The notes under the pieces are model-generated. The model saw only the letters and a program-made list of their open reading frames with translations. It made no database searches and had not been told where the DNA came from. Of a DNA stretch of 39,912 nucleotides, positions 9,501-15,592 are shown one piece after another. The DNA is from Clostridia bacterium (GTDB taxonomy: Bacteria > Bacillota > Clostridia > Christensenellales > UBA1242). Made by a program: the position numbers and the translations under genes. Positions within the stretch are counted from its first letter, which is position 1. The number at the start of each line of letters is the position of its first letter. The DNA lies in the NCBI GenBank assembly GCA_045538425.1, contig JAZSRJ010000055.1, positions 1 to 39,912 on the forward strand, given 5' to 3'.

Positions 9501-10320
9501 CCTTACAAGACAATACTTTGTCTATGGCAATCCTCTTAACCTCAATATCAACGCCTATACTGTCACTTCGGGCAATATCGTCGGCAACGATTCTCTAGGA
9601 TTACAATTGACAACTGATGCTCAAAATGCGGCTAACGTCGGCACGTATGGTATTCAATTCTTAGGATATAGCAATAATAATTATATTGTCCAAGCAACAA
9701 GTGGTACGCTTGTCGTACAACCAAAACCAATTAGAATCTTAATTGATACGCAATCTAGTATCTACGGCAACCAAATTGTTTTTGATGAAGAAGATTATCA
9801 TCTCATGTCTTCTCTTGCAGGGGAAGACACCCTACAAGATCTTGGCATTGTACTTTCTACAACCGCCAATGTAACCAGTCCAGTAGGTACGTATGTCATT
9901 AGTGCAAGATGCACCAACAATAATTATAGTCTATCTTACACTAAAGGATCGTATAAGGTAGAACCACGTCCTATTACGATTCAATTGCTTGACCAAACTT
10001 TCCAATCTCAAGACGAGATCTTATATGACCACAATGCTTATCGTATTGTATCAGGCAATCTTATTGGCAACGATCAACTCGGTATTACCATTGGATCTAA
10101 TGCCAATAGTTCCAAATTTGGTGATGGAACATACGAACTCAGTGCTACCTATACCAATACCAATTATGATGTCACTATTGTTGGGGGTACACTCACCATT
10201 CAATCATCCAACTCCCCTATTCTACTCCTAATTGTTATACCAAGTAGCATTGTTGTGGTAGGCGGAGCAACCGTTGGAACAATCTTCTTGATTAGAAAAA
10301 GAAAAAAACGTAGGTTATAA
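3580..10320 (+). CDS. giant cell-surface subtilisin-like (S8) serine protease with about 20 MBG-type repeats and a C-terminal TM anchor
   Basis: Signal peptide: MKKNKIILCIASFVSLLIGTLSMGVQSFSVHAS. S8 catalytic triad motifs: VAVLDTGI (Asp codon 4318-4320), HGTHVSGIIAG (His codon 4438-4440) and SGTSMAAPQ (Ser codon 4957-4959). Repeats follow. The C-terminus is ILLLIVIPSSIVVVGGATVGTIFLIRKRKKRRL (a TM helix plus a polybasic tail, with no LPXTG). Confidence 0.85.
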   Translation: MKKNKIILCIASFVSLLIGTLSMGVQSFSVHASTIEEDIPFYQQVANLGEITDFGLINIEKDSTETLESSIQSIQTSDAMGTMVYTTPTSIYTSPLEEGSGLLTKSCTTLDQLTSRDVQELMYNTDYMIEEETENEYIVRNIYSTKRLIVFEQLENTYNATGVAKDDNMTILQYDTIEDTKKAHQQLLADGIGVDVDSMITTESYTYDYDYSGYKNWGAKAMNVAPYLDYLNSGYSYTGEVIVAVLDTGIYTHHEMFQNRIRLDLGYSFYSTTYTYSGYSFEDDDGHGTHVSGIIAGLTPSNVKILPIRVLGSDGKGSHSNILAGLSMVADYIDDGYHIVCANMSLGANSTTKFSQSTIDYYDNLYAGYKNNQNFNVVKSAGNKACDTAYNQSAFSQEAFVVSALQRTTNNASGYTFASGYSNFGSTIDVCAPGSMVGSAAIPSTNTIDTDNYVYMSGTSMAAPQASAAMALVALDSKYYTSSKPNYFVEDIEEVITSTATDYGVTGYGDSGYGSSGWDQYYGYGVINFSNIYSHLSYNVTDTTAQYDGTFHNISVSVTDTSSYNIIYGLSKDEINITNIATNNTFKNCTGNPILVYFRLSAKGYLPTYGYGYLNITANESVTVTIQAQSFTYGQPITLNQTLLSVSGDYPDDFDTSSISLYTTAKQYDPVGTYEIHAKCSDANYQIQYTTGTLSITKRPLTISLYTQSFVYGDAIKLKTNQYSIVSGNIVNNDYVTWTLSTAVKQYDPVGTYTYSIASCNNANYQLSTSMGTLKITSRPITINLANQVFLYNEDIVLDNEKYIIGIGTLMNDDQLGIVLSTTAQKGDDVGHYVISLANYTNTNYDITSTPGILTITQSKVVIEASTQVFTYGENIVLDQTAYTIVDGTFDETQVVFSLSTEATSTSSVGHYLITITSNSNNFTIDYSGYITIVPREITIQLSNQSSEFGKTVSLDHTKYTITQGSIVNSDQLGVVLTTNAHQNSDVGDYTISLLEYTNNNYSVTALDGKLTITQMAITITLDNQSGCYGDTIIINQYAFNVSDTSIILSPEQLVLSTTATSASPIGEYPITATCSNTNFVATIVNAVYTIYPRPITYFLQEQMVYYGEDVVLDQNGYYLTAGSFVNDDSATFRIVTDAQKGDPVGYYPIYLEDWSNPNYTPIYTQSSLTIMEQVVQIRVHNKTSVYGEPFTIDQTAYTINYGTILEEDLDDFSLYTTATSTSPVASDYTIDMDCNNPNYLVVYTSGVFSITKRSLTIALNTQSSQYGDSISLDNTQYTITQGSIVGEDQLGLTLTTNAVVGNVIGQYTLKMTSYSNENYTLTCTDGIFCIIPRQLTLTINDQTFVYGEAIEINQYSYVVTSGSIYGSYDQFVLYQKEASTNAGTYVLSARCVNDNYDLTSIDATLTITPRPIAIQLQTQTIRYGDALDFDTTQYVVTSGSIIGQEDLGLILQSTAVVGDPIGDYTLSLQSYTNHNYTITATNSTLTISPRLVEITISDHSVVYGDAIEYNNIEYTLTQGSIVNNDTLGIEIYSTITNNSKVGTYSIKAKLTNTNYQLSYVSGTLTITPRPITIQLTDQSFVFGDTVVLDDYAYTVTEGNLVGTDTLSPLLLTNASTGDNVGTYIITMEKNYNTNYEVTATDGILTITARPIKLSLLHQYAIYGNDIVLNHGAYRIDEGTAIASSPIQLTLTTDAIVGDNIGDYALTLASNNNTNYDLTVVDSILTITQRTVHLIAHPYTMTYGDTPNLDQQGYTVSYGSIPSVDQSAFVVYTNATSTNQVGHNYTVEIKCISNNYIFTYTSAKLTIVARPIRIAIGRLSFTYGDTITLDSCTYSITNGNIVGSDSLGLSYQCQATTGDGVGDYPITLTGYTNTNYDLTYTSGTLTITKRYVTLQLQDVSSVYGNSIVLNQGAYTVTEGSIYAGDEEDFTIYTNATRTSNVGTYNIYVGCSNPNYTLSSTGATLTISARTITINLTRQYFVYGNPLNLNINAYTVTSGNIVGNDSLGLQLTTDAQNAANVGTYGIQFLGYSNNNYIVQATSGTLVVQPKPIRILIDTQSSIYGNQIVFDEEDYHLMSSLAGEDTLQDLGIVLSTTANVTSPVGTYVISARCTNNNYSLSYTKGSYKVEPRPITIQLLDQTFQSQDEILYDHNAYRIVSGNLIGNDQLGITIGSNANSSKFGDGTYELSATYTNTNYDVTIVGGTLTIQSSNSPILLLIVIPSSIVVVGGATVGTIFLIRKRKKRRL
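5440..10203 (+). repeat. about 20 tandem coding repeats of roughly 80 aa (MBG / YG-type domain)
   Basis: The recurring unit is ..(T/S)I(T/S)xRP(I/L)TIxLxxQxxxYG(D/E)x...Y.V..G(S/N)(I/L)V..D.LG..L.T.A...(D/S).VG.Y.I......N.NY......G.LTI. I counted 20 YG/FG-centred units in the translation. The copies are diverged at the nucleotide level. Confidence 0.8.
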
Positions 10321-10322
10321 TA

Positions 10323-10357
10323 AAAAAAAGATTAGGGTAAATCCTAATCTTTTTTAT
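10323..10357. repeat. copy 1 of a perfect 35-bp direct repeat (bidirectional terminator hairpin)
   Basis: AAAAAAAGATTAGGGTAAATCCTAATCTTTTTTAT, with stem AGATTAGG/CCTAATCT. It lies between the stop of the giant gene (10320) and the stop of the XRE gene (10354-10356, inside the repeat). Confidence 0.85.
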
Positions 10358-10596
10358 TCTATCTCCAAATTATCTCTCTTGAACAAATCATCATTCAAGA
10401 ACTCTTGAATGGTAATACCCAATCCATCACACAACAAAACAATGGTATCTAGTTTTACTGTCTTATATCTTTCTTCAATAATAGAACGCAATGTTTCTTG
10501 AGACATCGCAATCTTCTTACACAATGCATATTGAGTCAAATTATTCTTTACCAACAAATTGGATACTCTCAATGCAACGGCTTTTTGTGTTGTCAT
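10354..10596 (-). CDS. XRE-family helix-turn-helix transcriptional regulator
   Basis: The 80-aa form starts at ATG 10596, with a GAGAGG SD upstream. LTQYALCKKIAMSQETLRSIIEERYKTVKLDTIVLLCDGLGITIQEFL is a typical HTH_3/Cro-C1 fold pattern. The upstream TTG at 10638 has no SD. Confidence 0.85.
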   Translation of the reverse strand: MTTQKAVALRVSNLLVKNNLTQYALCKKIAMSQETLRSIIEERYKTVKLDTIVLLCDGLGITIQEFLNDDLFKRDNLEIE

Positions 10597-10636
10597 ACTC
10601 ACTACCTCTCGCTTTATCATAACAAAAAAAATTTGC

Positions 10637-10656
10637 AATATTATGGTGTGTAAACA
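10637..10656. promoter_or_regulatory. operator-like repeat, copy A
   Basis: AATATTATGGTGTGTAAACA. It contains the small inverted repeat GTGT-AA-ACAC (10648-10657). Confidence 0.4.
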
Positions 10657-10666
10657 CGGTAAAAAG

Positions 10667-10695
10667 TTGCGTAAAACAAAAAAATAGTTTATAAT
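10667..10695 (+). promoter_or_regulatory. sigma-A promoter of the SLOG-like gene
   Basis: TTGCGT (10667-10672), a 17-nt spacer, then TATAAT (10690-10695). Confidence 0.55.
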
Positions 10696-10724
10696 TTTAG
10701 TAAGTTTTAAGAATATTGTTAAAA

Positions 10725-10744
10725 AATATTGAGGTGTGTAAACA
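10725..10744. promoter_or_regulatory. operator-like repeat, copy B, overlapping the SD of the SLOG-like gene
   Basis: AATATTGAGGTGTGTAAACA is identical to copy A at 18 of 20 positions and lies 88 bp downstream of it. It ends 1 nt before ATG 10746. Confidence 0.4.
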
Positions 10745-10745
10745 T

Positions 10746-11114
10746 ATGAATTGTTGTTTCTTTATTTCGAAATATGTCCTACTAACCAATCATCAATGCA
10801 AAAAATTGATAACTATATTAGACGACTTAATTGCCCATTGTTATGTAAAGTCTTTCCAATTCGCCAATAGGAATGATTGTCATCCAGTGTGTCTAGCTAT
10901 TCTTATGGAATTACAAAAAAAGTATCCTCATATTCAACTTATGATTCACTCTTCCACACAATCCTCTAGCAAAAAGAATATAAAATATGCCATGATTGAT
11001 GATTGTCTATATTGTATTTTTTATTATAACGAACAACAAAAAGGTTCAAAACTTGCTTTTGAGTATGCTGTCAAAAAGAAAAAAGTTGTGATCAATCTAA
11101 CAAAAAAAGATTAG
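10746..11114 (+). CDS. degenerate SLOG / DUF1273 (YpsA-like) family protein
   Basis: The 122-aa form starts at ATG 10746 (GAGGTG SD). MNCCFFISKY... and ...MIDDCLYCIFYYNEQQKGSKLAFEYAVKKKKVVINL parallel the clostridial DUF1273 pattern as I recall it (MKTCCFTGHR...; ...MVD.SD.VIAVYDG...GGT..T..YA......I.NL). The glycine-rich motifs are replaced (GHR to ISK, GGT to GSK) and the middle is shortened. Confidence 0.45.
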   Translation: MNCCFFISKYVLLTNHQCKKLITILDDLIAHCYVKSFQFANRNDCHPVCLAILMELQKKYPHIQLMIHSSTQSSSKKNIKYAMIDDCLYCIFYYNEQQKGSKLAFEYAVKKKKVVINLTKKD

Positions 11115-11136
11115 GGTAAATCCTAATCTTTTTTAT
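11102..11136. repeat. copy 2 of the perfect 35-bp direct repeat (bidirectional terminator hairpin)
   Basis: Identical to 10323-10357, offset 779 bp. The TAG stop of the SLOG-like gene (11112-11114) and the stop of the 407-aa gene (11133-11135) both lie inside it. Confidence 0.85.
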
Positions 11137-12356
11137 CTTTCTGGTTCGATGGTTGTCTCTACAAGTTTTTTCGTAACACTCATCAAGAATCTTGCCGTCT
11201 TTAGTTCCAATTCTTCTTCTGCACTCAACTTTTTACCATTGGTGGCATAGATCTTAACCAAATTTTGAAGATAATCTCTTTTCTTTTCTGCTGTACTTAA
11301 CAAAGCAGGTAATTGATCTTCTTTGACCGATTGTTGTATTTGAGTAAGGATAGCAGATTTGTTGTATTCTGCATCACGTCCCAATTTTAGGATGTTGGCT
11401 ACATTCTCAAAAACTGATTGATAAGGTATCATAGATTCTAGATGATCCATCATAGATTCTTCTATATCCCAATCTTCCTTACTGATGGCTAATTTTTTCG
11501 CATCGTTAGAAATTGTTAAAAGCAAACTCATCACATCTGCACCAAGTTTGATTTGTTGTTTGAGTATTTTGTTTGCCTCATTTCTCAGTTTTTGACTCTC
11601 TCCTTCCACACATTGGTAGACAAGTTCTACCAACTCTTTTTGTGTCATTAGTTGATCGTTTTGTACTTGTTTTTGTTGATTGTTTTGTGGAGATTGTTGT
11701 TGTGCACGTCTTATTAATTCTTCTAAAGGTATTGCTTCTAGATCTGGTGCTTTAATGATATCTTCATCATTTTGGATATCCAATCCCATCTTAAAAGGTA
11801 GTTGACTAACAGGGATATCTTCTAGTTTTGTTCCAGCAGGGAATATATAGGCATGTGCAAAATAATTACCATCTCTATAATCTCTAGAACCATCAAAGCC
11901 TACACCATAATATTTATTAACACCGGTCAATCTAGCAACAATTAATGTACCATCAGCAAGTTGGCTAGCAATAATGCGATATGGTGCTTTTGATGGATCA
12001 TGTCGATAATCTTTTTCTAGTTCAACATCTTTTTGTGTAGGAATCCACCCTTCTTGCACACCTTCCAATACTTTAATTGCAGGTTGTGTAATCTCCCTCA
12101 CTTTTTCATAATATTTCTCTTTATATTCACCCTTTCGATTCGCTTTTGCACCTGGTTTTAATCGTTTGACCTCGCCCCAATTTTCTTTGTATTGTCCTTT
12201 ACTGGCTCTAGTTATGATTTCCTTCATGCTTTCTCTAAAAAATTCGATCCCTTGACTCATAGCCCAGTGACCAAAATCACCTACTCTGCCTGCACGCCAT
12301 CTAGTGTATCCACCACCAGTATACATATATTGCTCGACCATTACTTTATTATCCAT
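11133..12356 (-). CDS. hypothetical cytoplasmic protein: N-terminal globular domain (about 190 aa), Q-rich linker, C-terminal helical domain
   Basis: 407-aa ORF with a strong SD (GAGGGGAG) and its own promoter and terminator. N-terminal motifs: EQYMYTGGGYTRWRAGRVGDFGHWAMSQGI and DGNYFAHAYIF. No TM segment or signal peptide. Confidence 0.7.
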   Translation of the reverse strand: MDNKVMVEQYMYTGGGYTRWRAGRVGDFGHWAMSQGIEFFRESMKEIITRASKGQYKENWGEVKRLKPGAKANRKGEYKEKYYEKVREITQPAIKVLEGVQEGWIPTQKDVELEKDYRHDPSKAPYRIIASQLADGTLIVARLTGVNKYYGVGFDGSRDYRDGNYFAHAYIFPAGTKLEDIPVSQLPFKMGLDIQNDEDIIKAPDLEAIPLEELIRRAQQQSPQNNQQKQVQNDQLMTQKELVELVYQCVEGESQKLRNEANKILKQQIKLGADVMSLLLTISNDAKKLAISKEDWDIEESMMDHLESMIPYQSVFENVANILKLGRDAEYNKSAILTQIQQSVKEDQLPALLSTAEKKRDYLQNLVKIYATNGKKLSAEEELELKTARFLMSVTKKLVETTIEPER

Positions 12357-12380
12357 CGCTAATCTCCCCTCATTTTTTTT

Positions 12381-12409
12381 ATTATACCATGTTTTTTTTA
12401 TAATTTCAA
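12381..12409 (-). promoter_or_regulatory. near-consensus sigma-A promoter of the 407-aa gene
   Basis: The minus strand reads TTGAAA (12409-12404), a 17-nt spacer, then TATAAT (12386-12381), with an extended TG (TGgTATAAT). Confidence 0.6.
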
Positions 12410-12418
12410 TAAGTAATT

Positions 12419-12445
12419 AAAAAAACACTCTCTAATTAGAGAGTG
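12419..12445 (-). terminator. intrinsic terminator of the flippase-like gene
   Basis: A perfect 8-bp stem, CACTCTCT-AATT-AGAGAGTG (12426-12445), followed on the minus strand by T7 (plus-strand A run 12419-12425). Confidence 0.7.
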
Positions 12446-12451
12446 AATATC

Positions 12452-13774
12452 TTATTTATTTTGTGTACGAACTTTCTTTAAGTTGTCTTGAAGACGTTTG
12501 TTCTTCTTGTTGCCCACCACAACATCGTAGGCAATCACAAGACCACCTTGGATCAGATATACATAGAAAGATAGTAGTCTCCAAAGCAATACTGCCCAGA
12601 ATAGTGTTCCGTCTTGGAACAATCCCGCAAAAAGAGCTGAAAACGAGATTTCGGCTACACCAATTCCGCCTGGAAGTGGAATAATTTTGGTGATCAGTTC
12701 ACACAAAATATAATTAGCAAAAATCACAGAATAGCCTACTGTTGGGGTTGTTGTGAAAGCAAGATAGATAAAATAAGGAATACTTGCTTTGATCATCCAA
12801 TGTGCAACAGATAACACAATCAACAATATCATTGTGATTGGGCTTTTTGCGTAATAAAGCATGCTTTTTTGGTATTCGAGCACAACTTTCATCAATTTGG
12901 TAAATGTCGCTTGATAATCCTTAATAATGTGCATTTTGTTTAGCAATTTTAATGTTCCAAGAAGTAGTCTTGGTGCAACTCTTTTTGATACCGTCAAAAT
13001 GAACAATCCGGCAACCAATAAGGTAATAGCTACAAGACTGATAATTGCAACTGTAACCACTGGCACACTAGCAGAATTGATCGTAGACAAGTTGAAGAGC
13101 AATACCACTAAGGAAATAATGACAAAAGCCAATTGGTTGATCATGGTTTTGCTAACTGGAATAGATGTCGCAATGCCTGCCTTGATACCACGGCTATGAA
13201 GATAGGCAATTTGGAAAGGTTGTCCACCAATACTAAAAGGTGTGACAGAATCATAGAACTTCTCAATAGCAGTAGATTTGTAGGCTAAGGCTGGTCTAAA
13301 ACATTTTGCCGAACGGAACATAAGAAGCAAAGTTCTGGCAGATTCTACTAGGAGTCCTAGTATACATAGGCCAATTGCCCACCAAAACATGGATCCTGTC
13401 TTCACATTGGAAAACATTTCACCCAAATTGGAGACACCCATTTTTTGAGACAAATAGTATAGCACCAATCCCAAAATAAAAATATTGAGTGCCATGAATA
13501 CGGCGGTAAAAACTCTACTTTTACTACTTTTTTGTTCTTCAACACGAGCAGTAACATCTTTTAATACTTGTTTTTCCAAGTTTTTTGTTGGCAAAATGGC
13601 TTTGACATCTTGTTCGGTAGGCACAACTTTGTCGTTGTCTACGGTAAAATCTGTTGTCCATTCTACTTCTTTTGCATCTGTTGGTAAAGTTTCTTGTTCT
13701 GTCTTTTCAACTGCGTTGTCATCTACAACCGGTTGTTCGGTTGTGGATACTTCTTCTACTTTGTTTTCTTCCAT
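12452..13774 (-). CDS. flippase-like / LPG_synthase_TM (UPF0104, YbhN-like) integral membrane protein
   Basis: 440 aa with an acidic N-terminal extension of about 90 aa followed by multiple TM segments. FYDSVTPFSIGGQPFQIAYLHSRGIKAGIATSI and IPLPGGIGVAEISF resemble the conserved motifs of the lysylphosphatidylglycerol-synthase TM-region family. Confidence 0.6.
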   Translation of the reverse strand: MEENKVEEVSTTEQPVVDDNAVEKTEQETLPTDAKEVEWTTDFTVDNDKVVPTEQDVKAILPTKNLEKQVLKDVTARVEEQKSSKSRVFTAVFMALNIFILGLVLYYLSQKMGVSNLGEMFSNVKTGSMFWWAIGLCILGLLVESARTLLLMFRSAKCFRPALAYKSTAIEKFYDSVTPFSIGGQPFQIAYLHSRGIKAGIATSIPVSKTMINQLAFVIISLVVLLFNLSTINSASVPVVTVAIISLVAITLLVAGLFILTVSKRVAPRLLLGTLKLLNKMHIIKDYQATFTKLMKVVLEYQKSMLYYAKSPITMILLIVLSVAHWMIKASIPYFIYLAFTTTPTVGYSVIFANYILCELITKIIPLPGGIGVAEISFSALFAGLFQDGTLFWAVLLWRLLSFYVYLIQGGLVIAYDVVVGNKKNKRLQDNLKKVRTQNK

Positions 13775-13788
13775 TGTTATTCCTTCTT

Positions 13789-13838
13789 AAAAAATAAGAG
13801 CAACTGTACACACAATACAGGTTGGCGCCAGTTACTCT
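13789..13838 (-). terminator. intrinsic terminator of the PrsA-like gene
   Basis: The minus strand has AGAGTAACTG pairing with CAGTTGCTCT (10 bp including one G-U; plus-strand arms at 13797-13806 and 13829-13838). The loop is 22 nt and the hairpin is followed by TATTTTTT. Confidence 0.5.
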
Positions 13839-13853
13839 ATTTTCTCCTCATTA

Positions 13854-15515
13854 TTATTTCCAAAGACTTTCGTAACGACTTGTATAAAGATTGATTTTGA
13901 TACCTTCGTTTTGAAGTTTGATTTTTGCTTGTTCGATAAGACTTTGTAGTTTTGTATTAATACTTTCTTCTGTCAAAGTATCTGCTACTTTTTCAAACAA
14001 TGTTTGTTCACTGATTGGGCTTACACGTGTTTCCCAAAGTTTTTGAGCAGTAACATTGTTAATGGTACTAAGTGTAAGACCATTAGAAGATAGCATGCCT
14101 AGGTTGTAGATAATATGGATACCATAGATAGAATAGACTACTTTAATATTGCCACCTTCAGGTTGGCTAAGTGCTAGTTCTCTAGATCCATCAGCAAAAC
14201 TCTTAACCATTGTATCTGCTACTTCTGTGTTATCCATAGGGATAGCATATCCTTTAGAAGTGTTCATGATACCTGGATCTTCGTTAAAACGATACATCAT
14301 CTCTAAGAATCTGTCTGTTCTGCTATAGTTGACATCATTGCCACTCTCTACATAGTTGACAATCATATCAATCACTGCTTGTCTGCTTCCTTGACATTCT
14401 TTTCCATCTTCATCTAGATAATAGATGGTTGTCAAGTTGTCGTTGACAAGTGCTTGAAGTTGGCTTTCATAATTAGCAGATTGTTCATCAAGTTGTTTTG
14501 TCAATGTTTGGGTATATTCGTCTACTTGAAGTAGGATATGTGCTACTTCTACAAAACTATTGTCTACATGATAGTACAATGCACTGCTATCGCTTGCCAC
14601 TCCATCATTGTAGTTTGTTTTTCTTTTAGCGTCTGCTTTTTGGGTGTCACTCGCGTTTAGTTGTTTGTACTTGTGATAATCTGTTTCCCAAAGTGATTTG
14701 TATTTTTCAACAACCAAGTTACTATCTACTGGAAGAGCATTTTCCCACATAGTTTGGTATACACTGATCACTTTGTTTTCATAGAAAATTTTATAAATTC
14801 TATCAATTTCGTTTTGAAGTAATGTTTCGTCGTCAAGTTTTTTCTCACCCATAGACTTAGCACTTGCTTTAAGATCTGCTAGATATCTTTTCTTTGCTTC
14901 TGCACTGACTTTTGCGTCAGTAATTTTTTGAGTCCATTTTGTTGGAGCTGGAGTGGTATCACATTCTATCTTGGTCTCTACTCTTACAATTGTCCAAGCA
15001 CCACTTACTTCTTGAGCTTCATATTTTGATGTATATTCGTTACGTGCAGTACGTTCGTACTTGCTAAGCGTTTCGCCTGATTCTGTATTATCTTCACCTT
15101 CAGCATCTTCTGCAGGAACATAAGCGTCCATATCCCAATCAATACGAACTTCGTCTTCGTATTCATAGATTTGCTTATCAATCTCAGCATAGACTTCACG
15201 CATAATATCTGCTTTGTATGGCTCAATATCCACAAGACCAGTACCGACCAATTCTTCTACCAACAAATGACGATTAATCATATCATCGACTGTTTGTTTG
15301 ATTGCTTCTTCTAAGGTATAATTTTGTTGTTCTACATAAGTATACCCATTGATGCTATAGTATTGCAATAAGTCTTTCATTAAGAACTTATGGTCACCAA
15401 TACTTGCTACCACTTTGTTGTAATATTTGTAATCATCTCTTGCAAACACATTGCAACCAGTGAAGATCATAATAGACATCACAAGTGCGCAAAGGAAAGT
15501 AACAATTTTTTTCAT
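13854..15515 (-). CDS. PrsA/SurA-like peptidyl-prolyl isomerase lipoprotein
   Basis: The start is set at ATG 15515 (AAAGGAG SD); the TTG at 15563 is unlikely. The lipoprotein signal is MKKIVTFLCALVMSIMIFTGC. The C-terminal YGIHIIY motif is parvulin-like (YGYHII). A gene of this type follows mfd in many Firmicutes. Confidence 0.6.
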   Translation of the reverse strand: MKKIVTFLCALVMSIMIFTGCNVFARDDYKYYNKVVASIGDHKFLMKDLLQYYSINGYTYVEQQNYTLEEAIKQTVDDMINRHLLVEELVGTGLVDIEPYKADIMREVYAEIDKQIYEYEDEVRIDWDMDAYVPAEDAEGEDNTESGETLSKYERTARNEYTSKYEAQEVSGAWTIVRVETKIECDTTPAPTKWTQKITDAKVSAEAKKRYLADLKASAKSMGEKKLDDETLLQNEIDRIYKIFYENKVISVYQTMWENALPVDSNLVVEKYKSLWETDYHKYKQLNASDTQKADAKRKTNYNDGVASDSSALYYHVDNSFVEVAHILLQVDEYTQTLTKQLDEQSANYESQLQALVNDNLTTIYYLDEDGKECQGSRQAVIDMIVNYVESGNDVNYSRTDRFLEMMYRFNEDPGIMNTSKGYAIPMDNTEVADTMVKSFADGSRELALSQPEGGNIKVVYSIYGIHIIYNLGMLSSNGLTLSTINNVTAQKLWETRVSPISEQTLFEKVADTLTEESINTKLQSLIEQAKIKLQNEGIKINLYTSRYESLWK

Positions 15516-15592
15516 TAAGATCTCCTTTTTCTTAAGACATTTTCTCTCGTGCTTTGACTGCAAAGAGAAAATACGGGATTTTTCACAATAAT

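Noticed and set aside
5440-10203. Regular spacing of about 240 bp that could look like a repeat array or CRISPR
   Set aside because: The periodicity is at the protein-domain level (diverged 80-aa repeats in one continuous ORF). There are no short identical direct repeats with unique spacers.
4138-10231. Many 60-200-aa ORFs on both strands inside the protease gene (for example 6403-6999, 7345-7707 and 5513-5758)
   Set aside because: All are nested in or antisense to a 6.7-kb ORF that has clear domain content. They are repeat-driven frame shadows.
10200-10320. Sortase (LPXTG) anchoring of the giant protease
   Set aside because: No LPXTG-like motif precedes the C-terminal hydrophobic segment. 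The terminus reads SSNSP-ILLLIVIPSSIVVVGGATVGTIFLI-RKRKKRRL, so it is called a TM anchor instead.
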